Below are positions 1-8,525 of a DNA stretch of 32,000 nt, piece after piece (the stretch's first letter is position 1; every line of letters starts with the position of its first letter). A program made the position numbers and the translations under genes. The stretch covers positions 480,001 to 512,000 of the forward strand of contig NC_009954.1 of assembly GCF_000018305.1 (NCBI RefSeq), given 5' to 3'. The DNA is from Caldivirga maquilingensis IC-167 (GTDB lineage Archaea > Thermoproteota > Thermoprotei > Thermoproteales > Thermocladiaceae). Below the pieces are notes generated by a model. The model was not told where the DNA came from. It was given only the letters and a program-made list of their open reading frames with translations, and did no database searches.

Positions 1-474
1 AACCCTATCACACTGCCTAAAAACCCACCCCTCAATGCTTGCTATTGATGAACTAATAATATTTCCATCAGGGTCACCACGTTCATACTCTGTGGAAAGC
101 GCTATGCAGTTAACATCAGCGTTTAGGCAGCATGGTTGAGTAACCTTAGCCAGTAACCCCATTACACAACCACCCCACTCGAAGCATATTACTTTATTGA
201 ATTCACCATTAACCCTATACCTCATGTTAGCTATGACTTGTACTGATGAACTGAGGCCGTACGACACCACGTTTGGGTAATCCTTAATGGGCAGGTCAAA
301 GTTAATAACCTTAATGCCGTCAAAATCCGGGGTTTGGCCACCTCCCTGTGTAATAATTACTACTTCATGCCCCAGTGCCTTAAGGGCTGAGGAGACTGAT
401 GCTACTAGGTATTGAAGATCAGTTAACGGTGAACCTATCCTAGGATACTCCCATGAAAATCCTATAATGCGCAT
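1..474 (-). CDS. glycosyltransferase, GT-B/GT4-like; only the N-terminal 158 codons are present because the gene runs off the window
   Basis: Hand translation of the reverse strand from the ATG at 474..472 gives MRIIGFSWEYPRIGSPLTDLQYLVASVSSALKALGHEVVIITQGGGQTPDFDGIKVIN... and stays open to position 1. The pattern resembles the N-terminal Rossmann half of group-1 glycosyltransferases. A TATA-like tttttaaa lies at 497..504. Confidence 0.5.
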   Translation of the reverse strand, partial: MRIIGFSWEYPRIGSPLTDLQYLVASVSSALKALGHEVVIITQGGGQTPDFDGIKVINFDLPIKDYPNVVSYGLSSSVQVIANMRYRVNGEFNKVICFEWGGCVMGLLAKVTQPCCLNADVNCIALSTEYERGDPDGNIISSSIASIEGWVFRQCDRV

Positions 475-597
475 TCATTAGCAAAATCTATAGCCCTTTT
501 TAAAGGTTTAAGCAAAATAAATATGCTCATAGGGCTTTGTTAACGGTATTAAAGTACTGGTTTAAATCAATGAGTATTAACTCTATAATAGTATTGA

Positions 598-1053
598 TTA
601 TTCAATAGCGACCTCAGCTGTATTATAACCTGGTAGTTTAGTTAAGTGAACCTGAAGTACACCATCCTTATAATACGCCTTAACGTCATCAAGCTTCACG
701 TTAAACGGTAACTCAACCCTCCTATGTAGCTTATAGTTACTAAACCTCTCAAGCAGTACTGGTTTCCCAGTGGCAATATAGGCGGTGGGTTCAACATTAA
801 CCTCAATGTAATTCATACCAATTCTAAGCTTAATCTGCTCCTTACGTACACCAGGCATGTCGAAGAGCACTATAACCTTATCCCCATCCTCATATATATC
901 TATGGGTGGTTCCCTATCAATATCCTTACTACCTGTGACTACTAGACTACTTATTATCCTCCTCAGGGATTTCTCAAGTTCAGTGATTTCCCTACCTATG
1001 TTGGGTGGGTTATTAACTACCTGCTGCTCCTCCTTAACAATCTGAACCTCCAT
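598..1053 (-). CDS. hsp20: small heat-shock protein, Hsp20/alpha-crystallin family
   Basis: 151 aa. The alpha-crystallin domain is recognisable as DIYEDGDKVIVLFDMPGVRKEQIKLRI...RRVELPFNVKLDDVKAYYKDGVLQVHLTK. Confidence 0.9.
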   Translation of the reverse strand: MEVQIVKEEQQVVNNPPNIGREITELEKSLRRIISSLVVTGSKDIDREPPIDIYEDGDKVIVLFDMPGVRKEQIKLRIGMNYIEVNVEPTAYIATGKPVLLERFSNYKLHRRVELPFNVKLDDVKAYYKDGVLQVHLTKLPGYNTAEVAIE

Positions 1054-1161
1054 AATGTTTATTTAAACAGTGGTGGTAATAACCTCCTCGTTTAAAATAG
1101 GGCGCTGTGGTGTAATGTGTAATATTTAGGTGTAAGTTTTTAATATAAGTAAACGTTAATT

Positions 1162-1178
1162 ATCAATTGGTAATTGAT
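1162..1178. promoter_or_regulatory. perfect 7-bp inverted repeat (atcaatt ggt aattgat) in the hsp20 / phoU-like divergent intergenic region; candidate operator
   Basis: The palindrome was read directly. It lies about 20 nt upstream of the TATA at 1199..1206. Confidence 0.3.
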
Positions 1179-1198
1179 TTAGGGTATTAAGCATAAAG

Positions 1199-1206
1199 TA
1201 TTTATA
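1199..1206 (+). promoter_or_regulatory. TATA box (tatttata) for the AbrB-PhoU gene
   Basis: It ends 30 nt upstream of the GTG start at 1236, in an A/T-rich context. Confidence 0.4.
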
Positions 1207-1235
1207 GGTGGGTGGGGTAGGTAATGTGACCTATA

Positions 1236-2285
1236 GTGGCGCTTGAGTCCGAGTCCAGGAGGATTCAATTAACAGGCGGCTCAACGTTAATAGTTTCGTT
1301 GCCTAAGGAGTGGGCTAGGCAATTAAACCTTCAACCAGGTGATGAGGTTGTACTACTGCCCCAGAGGGATATGTCACTTCTACTGGTTCCCAAGAAGGCT
1401 ATTAAACCATCCTACACTGAGGCTAAGATTGAGGTCACTGAGGAGCTGGCTAAGGGGGATAGGTTAACCAGGGTAACCCTAGGATACTACCTAGCCGGCT
1501 ACGATGTGTTTAGACTATTCTTTAACCAAAACGCTATAGGATTGAAGAAGGATATTAAGGATGTTGCCAGGAGGAAGCTGACTGGGGTTGAGATAGTTGA
1601 TGAGGGTAGGAACACGTTAACGCTTCAAAACCTCATAAACATACCCGGTGACATAAGTATAAGCGACATAGTGTTGAAGATTATTAGGGTTATTGAGAGT
1701 ATGCTGGATGATATTAAGGTTGCGTTAAACACAGTAGATAAGAATATCCTAGTCGACATAGTGGAGAGGGATAATGAGGTTGATAGGTTCTACTGGCTCC
1801 TTAACAGGATACTTAAGAAACTAACCACAAGCAGTTACTATGCCTCAATGTCAGGGATCAAGGATCCAAGAACAATACTTGACTACGCCTTAATAAATAA
1901 GTCACTGGAGAGGCTTTCAGACCACATAGTCCAGATAGCTAATGAACTAATACCGGTGGGTCAACAATACATTATGGGTATCCCCAAGGAGCAGAGGGAT
2001 AAGGTTATTGAATACGTAGATAAGGTAATGGAGTTAATAAGCGTATTAAGTAAGCCTATTTCATCCCAGGTAACCAATAGTGTTAATGAGATAAATAACC
2101 TAATTGACTTAGCTAGGGAGAAGGCGCATGAAGTTCGTGGGCTTCAGGGGAGTTTAAGGGAGTATGAAACATCACCAACAATAATAGCTGCATTCGATTC
2201 AATACTATACAGCATAGCCAGGATGCTTGAATATATTTCAGACATTGGGGAGGCACTGTTAAACATTATGATTGAGGTGGCTTAA
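1236..2285 (+). CDS. AbrB/SpoVT-domain plus PhoU-like domain protein (archaeal 'phosphate uptake regulator' type)
   Basis: 349 aa with a GTG start. The N-terminus RRIQLTGGSTLIVSLPKEWARQLNLQPGDEVVLL is a typical SpoVT/AbrB swapped-hairpin motif. The remainder is helical with PhoU-like repeats (ERDNEVDRFYW...). No pst genes are nearby. Confidence 0.6.
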   Translation: MALESESRRIQLTGGSTLIVSLPKEWARQLNLQPGDEVVLLPQRDMSLLLVPKKAIKPSYTEAKIEVTEELAKGDRLTRVTLGYYLAGYDVFRLFFNQNAIGLKKDIKDVARRKLTGVEIVDEGRNTLTLQNLINIPGDISISDIVLKIIRVIESMLDDIKVALNTVDKNILVDIVERDNEVDRFYWLLNRILKKLTTSSYYASMSGIKDPRTILDYALINKSLERLSDHIVQIANELIPVGQQYIMGIPKEQRDKVIEYVDKVMELISVLSKPISSQVTNSVNEINNLIDLAREKAHEVRGLQGSLREYETSPTIIAAFDSILYSIARMLEYISDIGEALLNIMIEVA

Positions 2286-2874
2286 TTTCAGGCGTTAAAT
2301 GCACTGTTACAGTATCCTCAAAAAACATATGACTATTGAAGAGTAGGTCAATGAAGTACAGTGGCCTAATACTCCTGATTAATGATATTAAGTACTCTAA
2401 CCCATCACCACTAATGGTGAGGATGAATTCACAGCAGCCAGTCTTAATAACGTTAAGTAAGTCTACTAAAACATCACCCCTGTAATTCCTGCAGATGGAC
2501 ACGTAAGCTGGGTCACCGCTGTTTAACTCATCATCACTGCAAGTTAAGTATGGTGTATTGAACACTATTAACGAGTTATTAAGACTCCTTAAGCAGTCGG
2601 TAAGGTTGCAGCAGACTGCATCAATATGAAGACCCTCATCCTCAGCATGCTTAATCGTCTCCCTAACCGCGGTGCAGTTAACATCAGTGGCTATTAACCT
2701 CTTGAATGAATTAAAACTCCTTGCTACGTTAATTATTATGTAGCCTGAACCACTACCCACCTCAATGAAGTAATCATACCTACTCCTTAATTTAAGTAGG
2801 GTTAGGGTGACGTTAAGTGTTTGATAAGTGTCGTCTGATGGAGTATAGGTGAAGTTTGGGAAGTAGCCTATCAT
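2266..2874 (-). CDS. class I SAM-dependent methyltransferase, HemK/Mtq2-like (protein N5-glutamine methyltransferase family)
   Basis: 202 aa. It has YTPSDDTYQTL (compare the YxPxEDS/T motif of Mtq2), the SAM motif I EVGSGSGYI, and NTPY in place of the canonical NPPY. Its start ATG overlaps the rpoB stop (ATGA at 2871..2874). Confidence 0.6.
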   Translation of the reverse strand: MIGYFPNFTYTPSDDTYQTLNVTLTLLKLRSRYDYFIEVGSGSGYIIINVARSFNSFKRLIATDVNCTAVRETIKHAEDEGLHIDAVCCNLTDCLRSLNNSLIVFNTPYLTCSDDELNSGDPAYVSICRNYRGDVLVDLLNVIKTGCCEFILTISGDGLEYLISLIRSIRPLYFIDLLFNSHMFFEDTVTVHLTPEIKPPQS

Positions 2875-5800
2875 CCTATGGGTTCAGAGAGCTTAAGCTT
2901 CGGGTATATGCCTAGGCTTATTAACTCCTGTAGCAGTAGCTTGAAGGCGTAGGGGACAATGACCTTGGCTATCCTCCCCTTATCACCGTGTATTGGGCAT
3001 ATTGGCCTCTTCTTGAAGTCATCCCACCAAGCCATCATACCACAGTCCTCGCACACGTACATCACGTACTTATCACTTGACTCAACCATCCTCTCGTGAA
3101 GCAGCGCTGCGGCTCCATGGGCTATTAAGACATCCCTCTCCATTTCACCAAGCCTCAACCCACCCTCCCTGGATCTACCCTCTGTTGGTTGCCTGGTCAG
3201 TATCTGCATTGGTCCAGTTGCCCTGGCATGTATCTTATCAGCAACCATGTGGTGTAGCTTCTGGTAATACACTACTCCAATGAATATATCTGCATCAAGC
3301 CTAGTACCCATTAACCCACTGTACATCGTCTCCCTACCACTCCACCTGTACCCAGCCTTCATTAACATGCTTCTAATAGTGCCTTCAGGAACACCCTCAA
3401 AGGGTGTTGCATCAACCAGTGTACCGTATAGTGCAGCAGTCTTACCTGCTATGGCCTCAAGCAATTGCCCAATGGTCATTCTGCTTGGTAGTGCATGCGG
3501 ATTAATAACCACATCCGGTGTTATACCGTTCTCAGTGAAGGGCATATCCTCCATGGGCACTATCATACCCACTACACCCTTCTGCCCATGCCTTGAAGCG
3601 AACTTGTCACCTAATTCAGGTATCCTAAGTTCCCTAACCTTAACCTTAATTAACTTAAAGCCCTCACTGCTTTCAGTTATTAGGACTTGGTCAACAATAC
3701 CCTTCTCACCCCTCCTCACTGTTATTGAATTATCCTTCCACTCACCGGCAAGTTGACTCTCAGCCAATGCACTGTAGAACCTTGGTGGGCTTATCTTACC
3801 TATTAAAACCTCCTTACTTGATACAAAGACCTCTGGAGGCACTATGCCGTCCTCATCCAGGTGGGCGTAGGCCTCAGCACCCCTATAATCCCTAACTGTG
3901 GGTGGTGGTATGGTTATCCTATCGTTCTCACCCATGGGGTACCTCATGGCTTCGGTTTCATATGACCTGTAGAAGATGCTTCTAAACATACCCCTCTCTA
4001 TGGCTGCCTTATTAATCATGACTGCATCCTCTATACTGTAACCCATGAATGACACTAACGCAAGCACTGCATTTTGACCTGATGGCCTCATACTGTAGCC
4101 TATTAGCTCAAGACCCCTTGTGGTCACCAGGGGTCTTTCAGGGTAGAGTAGTAAATGACCCCTACTGTCAATCCTATACCTGTAGTTAGAGTAGGGGAAT
4201 CCTAGGGATTGCTTAGCCATGGCTGCCTCATAAATGTTCCTGGGTGATTGATTATGCTCAGAGTAAGGTATTATATGCGCCACAGCGCCCAGCATTATGC
4301 TTGGTATAATCTCCATGTGCGTGTACTTGCTTAAGTCAACATCCTTAGTATCACCTATGGTTACCATGGCGTTCTCCTCCTCATCAGCATCAAGGTACTC
4401 CACTATACCATTCTTAACCAAGTCGTCCCAAGTCCACTCCCCACTCCTCAGTTTCTCGATATGCTCCTTAGTTAACCTTAACTTACCATTACTTATAATC
4501 AACAGTGGCCTCCTTAACCTACCACCGTCACAGTTAACCCTAACCTCATTAAGCTTCTCAATGTAACCAACGTTAACCTCACCATTAATGTCACCCCTCC
4601 TCCTGGCCTCCCTAATGGCGTTTACGAGGGCTTGTGGATCCCTATGAATACCTATTAACCTACCGTTAAGCAGTACATTAGCCCCCTTAATCTCATTCCT
4701 TCTGGCGTCAAGAACATTAATAACACCCATTTCCCTCAACATAGCTTCCACGCTGGCTTCATCAACACCCACTGTTACAGTGGCCATAAGGGCCATGTTC
4801 TTAACTAAACCACAGTTCTGCCCCTCAGGGGTCTCTATGGCGCATAACCTACCCCATTGAGTTGGGTGAAGGTCCCTTGCCTCAAAGTGAGGCTGAGTCC
4901 TGCTTAATGATGAAACAACCCTCCTTAGGTGGCTTATTGTTGAAACATAGTTAGTCCTATCAAGCATCTGCGTGACCCCAGTCTTTCCACCAACCCAATT
5001 ACCTGTGGATAAGGCGTGCTTAAGCCTATCACTAATTATATCAGCCCTAACTATTGTCCTTAATTCAGGTATCTTACCCCTTGAGTACTGCTTCTCCAAT
5101 TGATTCCTAAGATCCTGAACAAACTGGGCGAATATTGACCTAAATAATTGGGCCAGTAAGTCACCGACAAGCCTAACCCTCTTATTAGACATGTGATCCT
5201 TATCATCAGGCTGCCTCCAACCCTTGTAAAGCTCAATAACACCAGCCACTGCTTGACCAAGCTCAATGGCCTTGCTTAACCTAACCTTATCATCAGGCGT
5301 AGTGCCCAGGTGAGGTAGGAAGTACTTATCAAGGTATTCAAGGGCCCTCTGAATCCTTATCTCCCTGGGATGACCAAGCACAATCCTCCTACCTATGTAG
5401 TCCCTAGCCTCATCAACGGTTGGCGCTATTTGAATAGCCATCTCGAATGATGCAAGCAACTCCCTTTGAATCTCATCATTATCACTCACAGCTAGAGCAA
5501 TGTCCTGATCCTTCTCAAGGCCGAGGGCCCTCATGACCACTGGGAAGGGCATTCTAGTGGGTATCTTGGGTATCTGGACGTAAATTACACCATCCTTATG
5601 GTACTCAACAACCACCGTAGTCCTGTAGCCTGGACCCATGGATATTATCTTAGCCCTAGGTATCCTTGTGGCCCCCCTCTCATCGTAATCATATATTGGC
5701 TTATTAAGAGCCAGGTCCTCCTGGGAAACCACAACCCTCTCGCTACCGTTTATTATGAAGTAGCCACCTGGGTCATTTGGGTCCTCAAGCTTCTTAACTA

Positions 5801-6266
5801 TGGCCTGGGGCTTTAAGCCGTATAGGTTACAGTACTTTGATTTAACCATAATAGGTAAGTCACCTAGGGGAACAGTCTCAGTGTATTCTTCACCATTTAT
5901 GTAGAGCATGACCTTAAGCCGCATGGGTGCTGCGTAGGTTATGTTCCTTAACCTAGCCTCCATTGGGTATATTACATTCTCCACCCCAGTGGGTTCCTTA
6001 AACCTCGGTTTCCCAACCTCAACATCAATGAACTTAACCTTAACGTCACCCAGATCTATGTTAAATTCCTGAACTATCTCCTTAAGCTTCCTATCCACGA
6101 AATCATTAAATGAATCTATCTGATGCCTAACCAACCCATAACTCCTCACGTATGATTCAACAAGAGTCCACCTATCCTCACTGGCTATGTATCCTCCTGA
6201 ATCCTCCGCTCGGAGTATCGGCAATGGCAGTAATGACGTTTGAGAATCCCTCCTAACACTACTCAC
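2871..6266 (-). CDS. rpoB: DNA-directed RNA polymerase subunit B (Rpo2), unsplit
   Basis: 1131 aa with a GTG start. Hallmark segments include HQIDSFNDFV, GYFIINGSERVV, SRTQPHFEARDLHPTQWGRLCAIETPEGQNCGLVKN, KFASRHGQKGV and GEMERDVLIAHGAA, plus the C-terminal Zn motif CEDCG...CPIH. There is no intein. Confidence 0.97.
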   Translation of the reverse strand: MSSVRRDSQTSLLPLPILRAEDSGGYIASEDRWTLVESYVRSYGLVRHQIDSFNDFVDRKLKEIVQEFNIDLGDVKVKFIDVEVGKPRFKEPTGVENVIYPMEARLRNITYAAPMRLKVMLYINGEEYTETVPLGDLPIMVKSKYCNLYGLKPQAIVKKLEDPNDPGGYFIINGSERVVVSQEDLALNKPIYDYDERGATRIPRAKIISMGPGYRTTVVVEYHKDGVIYVQIPKIPTRMPFPVVMRALGLEKDQDIALAVSDNDEIQRELLASFEMAIQIAPTVDEARDYIGRRIVLGHPREIRIQRALEYLDKYFLPHLGTTPDDKVRLSKAIELGQAVAGVIELYKGWRQPDDKDHMSNKRVRLVGDLLAQLFRSIFAQFVQDLRNQLEKQYSRGKIPELRTIVRADIISDRLKHALSTGNWVGGKTGVTQMLDRTNYVSTISHLRRVVSSLSRTQPHFEARDLHPTQWGRLCAIETPEGQNCGLVKNMALMATVTVGVDEASVEAMLREMGVINVLDARRNEIKGANVLLNGRLIGIHRDPQALVNAIREARRRGDINGEVNVGYIEKLNEVRVNCDGGRLRRPLLIISNGKLRLTKEHIEKLRSGEWTWDDLVKNGIVEYLDADEEENAMVTIGDTKDVDLSKYTHMEIIPSIMLGAVAHIIPYSEHNQSPRNIYEAAMAKQSLGFPYSNYRYRIDSRGHLLLYPERPLVTTRGLELIGYSMRPSGQNAVLALVSFMGYSIEDAVMINKAAIERGMFRSIFYRSYETEAMRYPMGENDRITIPPPTVRDYRGAEAYAHLDEDGIVPPEVFVSSKEVLIGKISPPRFYSALAESQLAGEWKDNSITVRRGEKGIVDQVLITESSEGFKLIKVKVRELRIPELGDKFASRHGQKGVVGMIVPMEDMPFTENGITPDVVINPHALPSRMTIGQLLEAIAGKTAALYGTLVDATPFEGVPEGTIRSMLMKAGYRWSGRETMYSGLMGTRLDADIFIGVVYYQKLHHMVADKIHARATGPMQILTRQPTEGRSREGGLRLGEMERDVLIAHGAAALLHERMVESSDKYVMYVCEDCGMMAWWDDFKKRPICPIHGDKGRIAKVIVPYAFKLLLQELISLGIYPKLKLSEPIG

Positions 6267-6278
6267 AAGGCTGCATCA

Positions 6279-6437
6279 TCACTGAGTAGGTTTATAAACT
6301 TTCATCTCCAGTGGAGTGGGCTTGGCTTGTAGTGTAATGAGACAATCCTCTATGCAATCTGAGAGACAACTCTCATTAACCCTAACGTCATTATCGTAGC
6401 ACTCAGCCACGCAATGTCGAACACATTCCTTATTCAT
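6279..6437 (-). CDS. unlisted 52-aa cysteine-rich mini-protein (twin CX3CX3C)
   Basis: My hand translation gives MNKECVRHCVAECYDNDVRVNESCLSDCIEDCLITLQAKPTPLEMKVYKPTQ*. The stop lies 12 nt upstream of the rpoB GTG. A TATA-like TATAAAAATA (6460..6469, minus strand) ends 22 nt upstream of its ATG. It falls below the apparent length cut-off of the ORF track. Confidence 0.45.
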   Translation of the reverse strand: MNKECVRHCVAECYDNDVRVNESCLSDCIEDCLITLQAKPTPLEMKVYKPTQ

Positions 6438-6459
6438 AGACTTCTACATTCAGCTTTAG

Positions 6460-6469
6460 TATTTTTATA
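6460..6469 (-). promoter_or_regulatory. TATA box for the mini-ORF/rpoB transcription unit
   Basis: The reverse strand reads aaaaaTATAAAAATAct. It is centred about 27 nt upstream of the ATG at 6437. Confidence 0.45.
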
Positions 6470-6596
6470 TTTTTCTCCCCGGAATGACAGGTATGATACT
6501 GGGATCACCGTGTAGGAACCCTGGATCCCCATTTACCGGTTAATTGATGTTAATGATCCTTAACCGTGTTTGATGCATCATTACCTATGTGGATAC

Positions 6597-6606
6597 TTTT
6601 AAATAA
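6597..6606 (+). promoter_or_regulatory. TATA box (ttttaaataa) for the 589-aa membrane protein gene
   Basis: It is centred about 29 nt upstream of the ATG at 6630. Confidence 0.45.
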
Positions 6607-6629
6607 TCAGCACCTACGTGAACCGTTGA

Positions 6630-8399
6630 ATGAGTAGGAGGTTTGAACGCGGCTATGGGATACTCTTCGGCATACATGCAGGTGGCTTAATTAGGTTAAT
6701 AGGATTAGTGCTAATGGTGATTACCCCACCGTTAATCCTTAGTAGAGTAGGGTTGAATCCACTATACGCCCTCCTGGTCTCAACCTTCTATATTCTGGCT
6801 TCAGTGGCATTAGCCTTAATAACAATGAGGATGACTAGCGTGGGTTCATTCAGGATATACTACACGACAGTGTTAGTAATAATGATTGAGTCAATAGTAA
6901 TAGACTCAGTAATGAGTATTATTGAAGGTAAACCAGTGGTCATGGCCGGTGCCTTAGCAGCATTGGCGCCATTATCATTAATGGTATCTCTACTTAAAGA
7001 TCCTGTTGGATCAAGATCAACGATAGGTTACTTAACGGACCTGGCGTTGCTCCTAGTCATAGTGATAATTATTCAATTACCCGTTTACCTAATCATAGGT
7101 GCCTTAACCCATGACACCATAAGCATGCCCAGGGTGCTATTGCTTGACTTGGTTCTCTTCATAATATCCATACTGATAATGCTCTCCATGATAATCATAC
7201 ATAAGGTTAAGGGAACATTATATTACTTGAAAATGTTTGGAGCCTTCATATACACCATGATAACGGGTGATGGATCATTCATGGAGTTTCATCTCCTAAG
7301 GTCGTCAAAGGATTCTGACGTCAGGATCCACGTGATACATGTAATTGGAGATAATGGTAATGACTCATTCATAGTCGTGCCATATATTCATGCAGGACCA
7401 TTAAGCCACGTGGGTGGGGCAGACTTAATACCCATTTTAGTCAAGGTCGCTAAGTCAATGAAGACTAGGTTAGTGTATTTACATGGTGTCGGTGGTCATG
7501 AGGTTGATCCAGCTTCATACGATGACACCATTAACGTGGTTAACAGTATTAGGCAAGCCATGATTAAGCTTAGGTCCAGTAATCACACAGAGGTTATTAG
7601 GGCTAAGCCAATTATGAACGTGGAGTCAGGGGATATTAGGCTTATGGTTCTACCAATAGCTAACGGTAAGAACCTGGTCCTGGTATCCCGTATAAGGAAG
7701 TCCATGGATGATATACCATCATATGTTTACAACAGTGTTGCTGAGGAATTGGGTGATGAAGTTAATAGATTCATAATAGTTGACTCGCAGAACAGCTTCA
7801 GTAGTGATAACTCCTGGAGTGATGATGATGTACGGGATTTAATTAATGGATTAAGAAAAGTACTGAATACCCCTGACGTTGAGGGTGAGTTGAGGTTAAG
7901 TGTTATTCACATACCTAGGAGTAAGGTGCCTGGCTCATTCATGGAGATTGGGGATAATGGAATATACGTATTATTAATGAATTTCAACAACACTTCATCA
8001 GCCTTAGTGGTTATTGATGGTAATAACATTAAGCCGGACCTAGCTGACGAAATTAGGAGGAGACTAGGGGAGGTGGGTTACCTGGCTGAAGTAGTGACGA
8101 CTGATAACCACCAGTACACTGGCTTCTTCGGTAAGGTTGGTTACCATGTTGTTGGTGATTGGGTTAGCAAGGATGATCTAATAAGGCTAATACTGGATGC
8201 TGTTAATAATCCTAAAATCCCAGTGGTTAAAGTCAGTTACACGGAGGCTTCAAGTAGAATACGCGTAGTGGGGTCTGATGGATTCTACGGCATGGTTAAG
8301 GCAGCCTCCAGTGCCGTTAGTTTAACACCAATACTCGCATCACTACTATTCATCGCCCCAATAGCACTATCAATAATAGCAACATACATAATACTTTAA
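6630..8399 (+). CDS. conserved archaeal polytopic membrane protein of unknown function (I recall this architecture as DUF2070-like)
   Basis: 589 aa. The first 220 aa or so contain about 6-7 hydrophobic helices, followed by a roughly 330-aa soluble domain (YIHAGPLSHVGGADL, YLHGVGGHEVDPAS, TTDNHQYTGFFG) and a final C-terminal TM helix. The family name is from memory and has not been searched. Confidence 0.5.
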   Translation: MSRRFERGYGILFGIHAGGLIRLIGLVLMVITPPLILSRVGLNPLYALLVSTFYILASVALALITMRMTSVGSFRIYYTTVLVIMIESIVIDSVMSIIEGKPVVMAGALAALAPLSLMVSLLKDPVGSRSTIGYLTDLALLLVIVIIIQLPVYLIIGALTHDTISMPRVLLLDLVLFIISILIMLSMIIIHKVKGTLYYLKMFGAFIYTMITGDGSFMEFHLLRSSKDSDVRIHVIHVIGDNGNDSFIVVPYIHAGPLSHVGGADLIPILVKVAKSMKTRLVYLHGVGGHEVDPASYDDTINVVNSIRQAMIKLRSSNHTEVIRAKPIMNVESGDIRLMVLPIANGKNLVLVSRIRKSMDDIPSYVYNSVAEELGDEVNRFIIVDSQNSFSSDNSWSDDDVRDLINGLRKVLNTPDVEGELRLSVIHIPRSKVPGSFMEIGDNGIYVLLMNFNNTSSALVVIDGNNIKPDLADEIRRRLGEVGYLAEVVTTDNHQYTGFFGKVGYHVVGDWVSKDDLIRLILDAVNNPKIPVVKVSYTEASSRIRVVGSDGFYGMVKAASSAVSLTPILASLLFIAPIALSIIATYIIL

Positions 8400-8481
8400 C
8401 CCCATAATAACACTAAGGGTTGCTTACCCCAGCATAATTAATGGAAGTAATGAGCAGTATTAAAAGATAAGGGAATGCGAG

Positions 8482-8487
8482 AAAAAA
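8482..8487 (-). terminator. oligo-T tract (TTGTTTTTTCT on the minus strand) downstream of the decarboxylase gene
   Basis: An A6 run on the plus strand lies about 40 nt after the stop at 8526. Archaeal RNAP terminates at T-runs. Confidence 0.35.
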
Positions 8488-8525
8488 CAAGGTGTTGGGT
8501 TTATTTAATTAAATTACGGTAACAT

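Noticed and set aside
857-1045. 62-aa plus-strand ORF antisense to hsp20.
   Set aside because: It is wholly inside the Hsp20 gene on the opposite strand and gives Ser/Leu-rich low-complexity text.
3077-5816. ORF-track entries inside the rpoB locus: 3077..3283 +, 3280..3756 +, 4297..4566 +, 5598..5816 + and 5060..5266 -.
   Set aside because: All lie antisense to, or out of frame within, a 1131-aa gene with unmistakable RpoB motifs. Their translations are low-complexity Ser/Leu/Pro text with no recognisable domains, so they are shadow ORFs.
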